64,000 nt of DNA from Endomicrobium sp. (GTDB lineage: Bacteria > Elusimicrobiota > Endomicrobiia > Endomicrobiales > Endomicrobiaceae). Position numbers and translations under genes: made by a program. This document shows positions 1 to 9,200 of the stretch, piece after piece. Under the pieces are notes generated by a model. That model had not been told where the DNA came from, ran no database searches, and was given only the letters and a program-made list of their open reading frames with translations. Positions within the stretch are counted from its first letter, which is position 1; every line of letters begins with the position of its first letter. The stretch lies in assembly GCA_031260705.1 (NCBI GenBank), contig JAISLA010000003.1, positions 76,615 to 140,614 of the forward strand, in the 5' to 3' direction.

Positions 1-186
1 TAAAACGCCTTCATCGTAAACTGATTTGCTTTCTTTTGTCTGCATCTCAAAAATTTTTGCTATTAGTTCTTGTTTTCTTAAACCTGCAACAGAATCAAGT
101 TTAAAATTCTTTGCAATTTCTATAAGCTCTGCCATTGTCCGTTTTGATAAAACCGACACATCCATAGAAGATTTATCTCTTTCCAT
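1..186 (-). CDS. rho: Transcription termination factor Rho, N-terminal part (runs off window)
   Basis: Manual translation from the ATG at 186, after a GGAGG RBS: MERDKSSMDVSVLSKRTMAELIEIAKNFKLDSVAGLRKQELIAKIFEMQTKESKSVYDEGVL. This matches the Rho N-terminal LRKQELI...EGVL pattern. Confidence 0.85.
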   Translation of the reverse strand, partial: MERDKSSMDVSVLSKRTMAELIEIAKNFKLDSVAGLRKQELIAKIFEMQTKESKSVYDEGVL

Positions 187-358
187 TAACTCCTCCAGAG
201 TTTTTAACGCACTTTTGATTTTTTGATTGTTTTATTATAAAGAAATTTTCATATAGGTATTTTATTGTACTGCCTGTATGGCTTATTATTTCATTCGGAT
301 TATTCTTTTTGATTTGAAAAATATTTACAACTATAGATGAAGAGAATTTTACATTATT

Positions 359-958
359 TTACATCATTTTTACTACGTATGTCAACAATTTATATAAGTC
401 CTTTACTCTTTTTTTCAAATCTTCTTTAGAGCCGGAATTATCTATCACAAAATCGGCAAGTTCGACTTTTTTTTCCATCGGCATCTGAGAATTAATTCTC
501 TTTCTTGCCTGATCGGCATTTAGTTTATCGCGCAGCGCCAGCCGTTCTACCTGAATATCATACGAAACCCGCACGACGACGATTTTATCACATATTCTAT
601 CTAACCCGACCTCAAAAAGAAGTGGCGCGTCAATTACTATACTGCACTTTTTTATATTTTGAGAAATTGTTTCGTTTATGCGCGAAATTATATGAGTATG
701 AAGAATTTTTTCAATCTTGAGTTTTGCTTTCTTATCTGAAAAAATTATATCGGCAAGTTTTTTTCTGTTTAGATCTCCATCGGGAAACAGAATGCCGCCG
801 CCAAAACTCTTTACCAGTTCATCTAAAGCCGGCATGCCTTTGGCGGTGAGTTCGTGCGCTATTGCGTCGGCATCTATAGTATAGGCGCCGAGTGATTCAA
901 AATATTTGGCACTTTCACTTTTTCCGGCGGCAATCCCGCCCGTCAAACCTATTATCAT
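359..958 (-). CDS. coaE: Dephospho-CoA kinase
   Basis: IIGLTGGIAAGKS P-loop, IDAD, DAPLLFE, RINSQMP; follows polA. Confidence 0.95.
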   Translation of the reverse strand: MIIGLTGGIAAGKSESAKYFESLGAYTIDADAIAHELTAKGMPALDELVKSFGGGILFPDGDLNRKKLADIIFSDKKAKLKIEKILHTHIISRINETISQNIKKCSIVIDAPLLFEVGLDRICDKIVVVRVSYDIQVERLALRDKLNADQARKRINSQMPMEKKVELADFVIDNSGSKEDLKKRVKDLYKLLTYVVKMM

Positions 959-3681
959 ATTTTTTTCATTTCTCCCCAGTTCCTGCCTGTTTTAATATCA
1001 ACAATTATAGGAATACTTAACTGTAATGGATTTTCCATTTTATTTTTTATAACTGAAATCATATTTTCAGATTCTCCGTCGGGAACTTCAAAAAGCAGAT
1101 CGTCGTGCACTTGCAGAAGCATTAAAGATTTGTAGCCTTTGAGTTTTATTTCATTATATATATTTATCATAGCAATTTTTATGATGTCTGCAGAGCTTCC
1201 TTGTACCGGAGTGTTTAAAGCCATTCTCTCACCTGCTTTCCTCACTTGAGCGTTTGTCGAACGCAATTCGGGAATATATCTTATTCTTCCGGTAATCGTG
1301 CGCACATATCCGTCTTCTGAAGCCTGTCTGACAATCTGTTCCATCCAAAATTTTACTTTGTCATATTTTTCAAAATATCCGTCGATGTATTCTTTTGCCT
1401 TTCCGAACGGAATATTTAACTGTTTTGAAAGCCCGAAAGACGACATACCGTAAATTATGCCGAAATTTATAGACTTTGCAGCGCTTCTTAAATTGTCAGG
1501 CACCAGACATCTTTCCGGTATGTTAAAAATTTCCCTTGCCGTTGCATTGTGTATGTCCGCACCGGCTTTAAAAGCTTCTATAAATTTTGCGTCCTGCGAA
1601 ATATGAGCCAAAACTCTTAAATCAATCTGCGAGTAGTCCGCAGATATAAAAATCTTATTTCTTTCCGGCACAAACGCTTTTCTGAACTCCTTCCCGTAGG
1701 CAGATTTTACAGGGATATTCTGCAGATTAGGTTCTGTCGACGACAATCTTCCCGTAGTTGTTACAGCCTGATTGAAAATAGTATGAATTCTGTCGCCGTA
1801 ATAAACGCAGTAATCTGTTACAGGATCTATATAAGTGCTTTTTAATTTTTGGAGTTCTCTGTATTTTAATATTTCGGCTGGGAATTCGTGAGAAGATAAT
1901 TCAGCTAGCACTCCTTCATCGGTGGAATAACCGGTTTTAGTTTTTTTAATTACAGGCAGATTAAGTTTTTCAAACATTATAAAAGAAAGCTGTTTTTGAG
2001 AATTAATATTAAATTCTCTGTCTGCAATTTTGTATATATTATTTTCAATTTTCTTAAGCTCGTAAACAATTTTTTCGTTAAAGTTGCGCAGAAAAAGCAA
2101 GTCAACTTTCATACCTGATATTTCCATCTCGGAAAGAACTTCAACCAAAGGCATCTCCGTATCAAAGAAAAGCAGCGAAAGTTTTTTCTCTTTTATCTGA
2201 AAAGCAAATATTTTATATATGGCGAAAACCGCTACAGAAATTGAATTTGCATATTTTGCACCGTCTTCTATTGAAGAATCCGCAAACGAAGATTTTTTTG
2301 CCCCTTTCCATGCATAACTTCCGCCGCCCGCCGGAAAATCTAAATACTCTTTCGACATATCGGTTATGCCGTGTGATTTTGCGGGATTTAAACAATACGA
2401 CGCCAGCATTATGTCAAAATATATATTATTTAGTCCTACTCCGGACATACTGTAAATATTTCTTTCCTGTTTCAGGTCGTGTCCTATTTTCTTTATTTTA
2501 TCTGAAGAAAATAACGGGGCGAAAATATTTTTGAAATTTTCAAAAGTTATCTGCCGTGCGGCTAAATCATTATGCCCGATTGGAAAATAAAAAGCTTTGT
2601 TTTCAACGCACAATGATACGCCTATAATCTGCGTCTTTAAAGAGTCGAGTGTGGAGCTTACGGTTTTTAATGCAAAAATTCCCGCTTGGTCTATTATCTC
2701 TGCAACTTCAGCTGCTCTTTCTTGAGCATTCACTATTTCAAAAAACGGTTTGTCTGTCATAAAGTTGCCGGCAACGGATTCTTCATTACGATGCGTTTCA
2801 TTCAAAATAACAGGAAATTGAAGTTCATGCTCCTCAGCAGAATATTTAGCCAACAGACTTTTAAATTCATATTTTTCAAAGAAAGGAACGGCTTTACCCG
2901 CATCTATATCTTTACTTTCAAACTTTTCAAGTTTATAGTCTAAAGGAACCCGTTTGTTCAGTTCTATTAATTCCCTGCTAAGCAGCGCCTGCTCTTTGCC
3001 ATGACTGAGCAGTTTTCCCACGTTTCCTTTTACGGAATCCGCATTTTGCAAAACATTTTCGAGATTCCCGAATTTTTCTATGAGTTTTACCGCAGTCTTC
3101 TCGCCGATGCCTTTTATACCGGGAATATTGTCGGAGACGTCTCCCATTAAAGCAAAAACATCGGACAGCTGTTTAGATGTAACCCCGTATCTTTCTTCAA
3201 CTTTCTTCGTATCGTACATAATGTCTTTAGAATAGTTCCAGATTAAAACGTTTTCATCTTCAGCCAGCTGTAAAATATCTTTATCTCCCGTTACGACAAC
3301 AGTCTGCACTCCGTTTTCTTTATTGTTCCCGGTTACCGTGGCGATTAAATCGTCGGCTTCATAGCCCTTTATTTCTATTTCTGCGATGTTTAAAGCTTTC
3401 ACGGCTTCTCTTGCTATCGGCATCTGGCTTATAAGCGCTTCGTCAAGAGGTTTTCTATTTGCTTTATAATCTTTAAATATTTCATGTCTAAAATTTTTTG
3501 ACGGATAATCAAAACAAACTGCCATATAGTCCGGCTTAAAACTATTTTTGATTTTAAGCAGAAGCTTTACAAAACCGTAAACTGCGTTGACCTGACGGTT
3601 ATTTGAAGCAGAAAGCGGCGGCAAAGCATGATAGGCTCTGTGGATGTACGCATTTCCGTCTATAATAAAGAATTTTTTCAT
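955..3681 (-). CDS. polA: DNA polymerase I
   Basis: 5'-3' exonuclease IDG..YIHRAYHAL and EADDLIAT; polymerase motifs TGRLSS.EPNLQNIP, ADYSQIDLR, AKSINFGIIYG, LQVHDDL. Confidence 0.98.
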   Translation of the reverse strand: MKKFFIIDGNAYIHRAYHALPPLSASNNRQVNAVYGFVKLLLKIKNSFKPDYMAVCFDYPSKNFRHEIFKDYKANRKPLDEALISQMPIAREAVKALNIAEIEIKGYEADDLIATVTGNNKENGVQTVVVTGDKDILQLAEDENVLIWNYSKDIMYDTKKVEERYGVTSKQLSDVFALMGDVSDNIPGIKGIGEKTAVKLIEKFGNLENVLQNADSVKGNVGKLLSHGKEQALLSRELIELNKRVPLDYKLEKFESKDIDAGKAVPFFEKYEFKSLLAKYSAEEHELQFPVILNETHRNEESVAGNFMTDKPFFEIVNAQERAAEVAEIIDQAGIFALKTVSSTLDSLKTQIIGVSLCVENKAFYFPIGHNDLAARQITFENFKNIFAPLFSSDKIKKIGHDLKQERNIYSMSGVGLNNIYFDIMLASYCLNPAKSHGITDMSKEYLDFPAGGGSYAWKGAKKSSFADSSIEDGAKYANSISVAVFAIYKIFAFQIKEKKLSLLFFDTEMPLVEVLSEMEISGMKVDLLFLRNFNEKIVYELKKIENNIYKIADREFNINSQKQLSFIMFEKLNLPVIKKTKTGYSTDEGVLAELSSHEFPAEILKYRELQKLKSTYIDPVTDYCVYYGDRIHTIFNQAVTTTGRLSSTEPNLQNIPVKSAYGKEFRKAFVPERNKIFISADYSQIDLRVLAHISQDAKFIEAFKAGADIHNATAREIFNIPERCLVPDNLRSAAKSINFGIIYGMSSFGLSKQLNIPFGKAKEYIDGYFEKYDKVKFWMEQIVRQASEDGYVRTITGRIRYIPELRSTNAQVRKAGERMALNTPVQGSSADIIKIAMINIYNEIKLKGYKSLMLLQVHDDLLFEVPDGESENMISVIKNKMENPLQLSIPIIVDIKTGRNWGEMKKI

Positions 3682-4586
3682 AGATTTTCTATGCAGCGCT
3701 GCGCACTTACAGCCGCCTGAGCGCCGTCTGATACAGCTGTTACAATTTGTCTCAGCTGTTTTTTCCTTATATCGCCGCAGGCAAAAATACCGGCAGAGGA
3801 AGTGTTCATATCTTCATCCGTTATAATATATCCCGTTTTATCGAGCGCAATATCCGAAAGAAATAAAGTGTTCGGAATCAGCCCTGTAAAAACAAAAACA
3901 CCGTCGACTATCAAGTCTTTATTTTCATTTGTCTTTACATTCGTTATTGTTACTTTCTCAACAGACTCTGTGCCGAAAATTTCTTTTGGCATAGAGTCGT
4001 ATATTACTAAAATATTTGGATGCGATTTTATTTTTTTCTGCAGAATTTTCGCAGCTCTTAACTCGTTTCTCCTATGAACAACTATTACGTTTTTTGCAAA
4101 TTTTGATATGTAACCGGCTTCCTCGACTGCAGAATCGCCTCCGCCGACAACCAATACGTTTTTATCTCTGTAAAAAGGAGCGTCGCATACAGCGCAGAAA
4201 GACACCCCCCTGCCTATAAACTCTGACTCACCGGGTATATCCATTTTTTTTGCATGCGTTCCTGCAGCAATAATAACGGTTTTAGTTTCATAAACGTAAT
4301 TTGCGGTAATCACTTTTTTTGACGGTCCATGTTCAATGGCAACGGCTTCGTCATAAACTATTTCCGCGCCGAAAGCTCTTGCCTGTTTCTCAAGTTTTAC
4401 GGCAAGCTCAAAACCGTTAATTCCTCCGTTAAAACCCGGATAGTTTTCAAGTAAATCGGTCGTTATCATCTGTCCGCCACAGCCGGTTTTTTCTATAATA
4501 AGCGTTTTTAATCTTGCTCTTGAAGCGTAAATTGCAGCTGACAGTCCTGCAGGTCCGCCTCCGATAATAATAACATCATATATCAT
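3678..4586 (-). CDS. trxB: Thioredoxin-disulfide reductase
   Basis: GGGPAG FAD motif, CAVCD active site, GGGDSAVEEA. Confidence 0.96.
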   Translation of the reverse strand: MIYDVIIIGGGPAGLSAAIYASRARLKTLIIEKTGCGGQMITTDLLENYPGFNGGINGFELAVKLEKQARAFGAEIVYDEAVAIEHGPSKKVITANYVYETKTVIIAAGTHAKKMDIPGESEFIGRGVSFCAVCDAPFYRDKNVLVVGGGDSAVEEAGYISKFAKNVIVVHRRNELRAAKILQKKIKSHPNILVIYDSMPKEIFGTESVEKVTITNVKTNENKDLIVDGVFVFTGLIPNTLFLSDIALDKTGYIITDEDMNTSSAGIFACGDIRKKQLRQIVTAVSDGAQAAVSAQRCIENL

Positions 4587-5539
4587 AATAAGCCCTTTTG
4601 TTATTGATTGGCTAAAACGTTATAATGCAGAATTACACCTCGTTAATAAAATAGAGAGAATTCGTACAGTTTAAGCCGTAGATGAAAAAACTGTTTGTCC
4701 TGAAAACTATCTGGGATTTTGAGTCTTTATCTTTCTCCATTTTTTAACTTTAAAATGAAGTCGATTGCTTTGTGTCATACTTCAGTCTGTACTTTAAATA
4801 ATTTTATTGTGTCGGAGATAGGAATTTACAAGGATGCAAATAAAAGTATTTGGAAAGAAAGCTATAAAAAATTATGTATTATGAATATTTGGTATATAGT
4901 AATTCTTATTTTTATAACCATTATATAATCCTTGTAAATCCTCTTTTCCAATTTTTTTATTCGTAGCAGTCCAACCCATGTGATACAAGTCAATCAAACA
5001 TATATAAAAGCAGTTATCTATTTCTTTAAAAAAATCCGCAAAGAGATGTGTTTGTTTTTTATGTTTACATTTTCGTATTTTTAGTATGTTTCTGTCCTTG
5101 CATATTTCATAACGCTCTGAACAATTTATTTAAATGACATTTTCTATTTCTATACCTTCTTGACATTATACAACAGCATAAGCGTTTTAATTTGCATATA
5201 TTGCTTTCATATGTATCTTCTATATAAAAATATATCCAGAATATTCATACTTTTTTTCAAATTATTGTATATCTCTTTTAAAATATTATATTCTTTACAT
5301 TTATTACTGGATAAATAATTTGTAAAAGATAAATCCTCAAACTTTCTTGACTTTAAAGATTTCAAAGTAATAATTTTAGCCGTTTTATCTTTCTTATCTT
5401 TGGGGGAAATATAATGATTTTTGAAGTTTTAAGGGCGATATTGTATCCCTTTTCAAATCTTGATATTCATGTTCAATATACGCCGCTAAAGGCATGACAT
5501 CTTCAATAACCGGTATTATTTCTTTTTTGGAATTCATTT

Positions 5540-5878
5540 CTATTCCCCCACCTCTCTACCCATAAGTGCATCGTCAATAATCTTTTTTATGTTGTTTTTA
5601 GATCTGAACCCAACTGTTTTATGCAGCGTTTCACCGTTTTTAAACAAAATCAGGCACGGAATTGAAACAATCTGAAATTTTGACGATAAAGACATATTTT
5701 CATCTGTATTTACTTTGCCTATTTTTACCCTGCCTTCATATTCAGCGGCAAGTTCTTCAATAACCGGGGAAAGCATTTTACAAGGATTGCACCAAGTCGC
5801 CCAAAAATCAACCAGTACCGGTTTATCCGACGATAATACTTCCTGTGCAAAATTGTTTTCATTGATTTCAACCGCCAT
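5540..5878 (-). CDS. trxA: Thioredoxin
   Basis: VDFWATWCNPCK, SIP motif, AAGGAGG RBS. Confidence 0.95.
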   Translation of the reverse strand: MAVEINENNFAQEVLSSDKPVLVDFWATWCNPCKMLSPVIEELAAEYEGRVKIGKVNTDENMSLSSKFQIVSIPCLILFKNGETLHKTVGFRSKNNIKKIIDDALMGREVGE

Positions 5879-6033
5879 AGTAAAATCCTCCTTATTTGTT
5901 TACCTGCGAAACAATCCGTACTGTAAAAAAAATAGACCGCTACCGTCATACCGAACCGGGCAACAAATTAAGGTTTTAGTCATTGAGGACTGGCAGGCTT
6001 ATAGGATTAAGCGTCAATCTTTACAACTATTTT

Positions 6034-6042
6034 ATTATATCA
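6034..6042 (-). promoter_or_regulatory. Extended -10 promoter (TGaTATAAT) for the trxA leader
   Basis: Perfect TGnTATAAT just after the fmt stop and about 155 nt upstream of trxA. Confidence 0.5.
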
Positions 6043-6045
6043 TAA

Positions 6046-6987
6046 TTAAAACCGGTCGCCTGCCGAAATCTGTCTGCCTTGAATAAAATCCCAAGCGGAC
6101 ACGACAGACTTATTTTCAGACTGTACTTTCGCAACCAGAATTCTGCCGCTAGCGCATGATACCGTAAAACCTCTGTTTTTTTCTATCGAGTACACAGTTC
6201 CGGAATCTTTATTTACCGAATCGCTGTCAAATATTTCTATCTCTCTAAATTTGATTCTTTTACCCGTGAGCTTGCCCTGCGAAACCGTTGAGTATATTCT
6301 CGGCCAAAGATATAACCCTCTGAACTGGTTGTATATTTCGCCCGCACTCTTATTCCAGTCAACTAAACCGTCCAGCTTTTTAAGAGATGGAGCAAAGCTC
6401 GGATTGCCGGTTTGAGATGCTGCATCGCATTTTCCGTTTCTAAAAAGATCGAGAGTTTTATTCATGGCGTCTATGCCTAAAGGAATAAGCTTATTTAATA
6501 GAGTTTCCGTATTATCTTTTATGTCTATATTAAGTTTTTCCTGAACTATTATACCACCGGTATCAAGTCCTTCTTCAATATAGAAAGAAGATATGCCCGT
6601 TTCTGTTTCTCCTCTGCATAAAGCATGCTGGACGGGAGCCGCCCCTCTATATCTGGGAAGAAGCGAAAAATGGATGTTAAAAGTTTTGTATTTTGGAATG
6701 TCAAAAATAACTTTCGGAATGAGACTGCCGTAAGCTACGGCAACACCTGCGTCCGCGGCGAAATTCTTTATTGTTTCAACAACGTCGGGTGTAAATTCTT
6801 CAGGTTGTATAAAACTGATATTGTTTTTTACGGCATAAACCTTTACGGCAGGATAAATAAGTTTTTGACCTCTTAACGCAGGTTTATCCGGCATTGTTAC
6901 GGCAAAAATTTCGTGGCGGCTTTTATGCAATTCTTCAAGATAAGTTTTTGAAATGAAAGCTGTGCCAAAAAACAATATCCTCACCAA
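6046..6987 (-). CDS. fmt: Methionyl-tRNA formyltransferase
   Basis: RILFFGT, NIHFSLLPRYRGAAPVQ, LDTG; downstream of def. Confidence 0.96.
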   Translation of the reverse strand: MVRILFFGTAFISKTYLEELHKSRHEIFAVTMPDKPALRGQKLIYPAVKVYAVKNNISFIQPEEFTPDVVETIKNFAADAGVAVAYGSLIPKVIFDIPKYKTFNIHFSLLPRYRGAAPVQHALCRGETETGISSFYIEEGLDTGGIIVQEKLNIDIKDNTETLLNKLIPLGIDAMNKTLDLFRNGKCDAASQTGNPSFAPSLKKLDGLVDWNKSAGEIYNQFRGLYLWPRIYSTVSQGKLTGKRIKFREIEIFDSDSVNKDSGTVYSIEKNRGFTVSCASGRILVAKVQSENKSVVSAWDFIQGRQISAGDRF

Positions 6988-7487
6988 TCGCCTGCTTTTT
7001 TCTTCCTTTTTATTTTTTTTTCAATAGAATTTCTTTTCCAGTCCGGGAGATAATCTATAAAAAGCTTTGCATCTAAATGGTCTATTTCGTGCTGCACGAC
7101 TTTAGCAAGAAAATTCTGCGCTTTCATTTCTTGTCTATTGCCGTTTAAGCCAGTGTATCCGGCAATAATCTTCTCAAAACGATTTACATTTCCGTAAAAA
7201 CCCGGGAAAGACAGACATCCCTCCTCAGCAGTTATTTTGTTTTCGCCCGAAATAATTTCAGGATTTATCATAACAACGGGAGATTTTTTATTTGGATCCA
7301 CGTCAATAACGCAAAGTCTGAGCGAAACACCCACTTGCGGAGCAGCAAGACCTACTCCCGGAGCGGAATACATTGTTTCAAGCATATCGGAAGCAAGTTT
7401 TTTTATGCCTTCGTTAATTTCTGAAATTGCTTCCGCTCTTTTTCTTAAAACAGGATCGCCATATTTTTTTATTTTGAGTTTTGTCAT
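6981..7487 (-). CDS. def: Peptide deformylase
   Basis: GVGLAAPQVG, EGCLS, QHEIDHL motifs. Confidence 0.97.
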   Translation of the reverse strand: MTKLKIKKYGDPVLRKRAEAISEINEGIKKLASDMLETMYSAPGVGLAAPQVGVSLRLCVIDVDPNKKSPVVMINPEIISGENKITAEEGCLSFPGFYGNVNRFEKIIAGYTGLNGNRQEMKAQNFLAKVVQHEIDHLDAKLFIDYLPDWKRNSIEKKIKRKKKAGDW

Positions 7488-7594
7488 AACAGAAAGTTAT
7501 TTTATCATTTTATACCGGGCAATTTCAAAGCACATCCTTAAAACAAAGCCGCTCTGGCTGCCCGCATAAAGAAAATGACATAGACAAGCCGCAG

Positions 7595-8018
7595 TTGCAA
7601 TTTTTTCATTTAAAAGGTGAAGTAATTAAACAAAAAGATGAATTATTTAAACATAGCTTCTGCCGAATAGATATCGAACTAGACAATTTTTATAAAAAAC
7701 TTTACGAAAATAAAGAGCTGATGTTTATAACGGATTACCATAGCGCCGAAAAACTTAGCGACAAGCTTAACAGATGTTACGGAATAGTGCTGGAAAACAG
7801 AGATAGCATCCCGTGTTTAATAAAAGCTCTAAAAGAAAATATAAAGAACTTGCTAGAGATTGTATTAGTTTTCGGCGACGACGAAACTGATAGCGAGATA
7901 AAAAAGCTATGATAACAGAACTGGACAAGTTTGGGATAAAATACGGCAAATTCTCATCTGTAATTATAGCCCCCTCTGAAGCGGGGGAAACATACGAAAG
8001 CCAGCGCAGCAAATAAAA
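7595..8018 (+). pseudogene. Hypothetical protein remnant, probably frameshifted at an A6 run near 7900
   Basis: The 105-aa ORF continues in another frame (MITELDKFGIKYGK...). Its beta-alpha pattern is weakly TOPRIM-like. Confidence 0.3.
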
Positions 8019-8313
8019 CTAGAATTAGAAAGAAAGATTATGGGGATGTGTTCTGTTGAAATGCTGAAAAATTTTGATTACAATCTGCCAAAAGAAGTGT
8101 TTTATTTATAGTCGTAAAACTGCTTGAGTTTTCAATCAATTATTTGTTTTGTTCCTGCTCGTCTGAAAACAAGTAAAAACGGGTTGCAGTCAACCTGGAC
8201 AAAAAATTATTGAAAAATAGATGTTTGACTAAACATTGCTTTTTATTTTTGGCATAACAATAACTGCATAGAAAACGCAATATTTACAAGTCGGATAAAA
8301 GGAATAGCTAAAA

Positions 8314-8822
8314 GTGAAAAAAACAATAATACTTTTAATGGCAGGATTGCTGGTATTAACGTCTTGCGGGAAGCTGAGAGAGTTATTAAAGGCTGATAAC
8401 ACAGCATAGCTACAAAGGAAGAAAAGGCGCGGACAGACACGGCAAAAAGATACTTGGCACGTGTCAACAGATTTCGCATACGAACACAGATATGCGATTA
8501 GTTGCGACGATAGCAGGCATTATCATTGTTTGGAGTGGCGGAAAATGGTTTTATAAAAAGTGGTGCGATAGAGGGGCGACTTACTGAGGAGCAGATTGAG
8601 TTTCAAGATAAAGTTCAAGCGTTTTCGGTTAAATGTATATCTCTTCCATCTAGTGAACTTCAAAAAATAAAGAATAGTGGTATTGGTTATAATGAATATT
8701 TGCAGAAGCTTCTACTAAACAGCGATTCTTTTATCCCCCCCCCCAAGTCGACAATAAAGTATATTCTCGCTCTTAGAGATACGGTTGATACTATTAAAAG
8801 AGCTTTTCCCGCACGGGATTAA
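8314..8822 (+). pseudogene. Decayed lipoprotein gene (signal-cassette family)
   Basis: GTG start gives MKKTIILLMAGLLVLTSC-GKLRELLKADNTA* with an LTSC lipobox. A hydrophobic fragment (LVATIAGIIIVWSG) and the 8526-8822 ORF follow. Confidence 0.6.
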
Positions 8823-8949
8823 ACAAGAACCGCCGGATTTCTACTAAATATCTCATCTGCGTTAGTCTATTTATATCTGTTCCCTGACATAGAAATTTGT
8901 CTTTCTGATAAGCAGCATCTGTCAGTCTTAAGCTTTATACTAGCGTTAA

Positions 8950-9025
8950 TGGTGGGCAGTGCAGGATTTGAACCTGCGACCTCTTCCTTGTAAGGGAAAT
9001 GCTCTTCCAGCTGAGCTAACTGCCC
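8950..9025 (-). tRNA. tRNA-Val (TAC)
   Basis: GGGCAGTTAGCTCAGCTGGAAGAGCA-TTTCC-CT-TAC-AA-GGAAG-AGGTCGCAGGTTCAAATCCTGCACTGCCCACCA; 76-nt cloverleaf with encoded CCA. Confidence 0.97.
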
Positions 9026-9200
9026 GATATACGCATTTACGCATTATTTATAATTTATATTTATTCACAATAAACTTCTTTTAGAATAGCAAATTTATTC
9101 TCTGTCGTCAACTTTGTTTCATGCTGCTTTACCAAACAAATGAATTTTGATAGCATATCAAAAAGGATCGCTGCTGACATTTTATAAGCAGGAGAATTAA

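Noticed and set aside
4600-5530. AT-rich 0.9-kb gap between trxA and trxB with short ORFs
   Set aside because: Probably gene debris, but no fragment could be assigned to a family.
7500-7570. att direct repeat of the tRNA-Val 3' end
   Set aside because: Only 5-6 nt matches were found, which is not significant.
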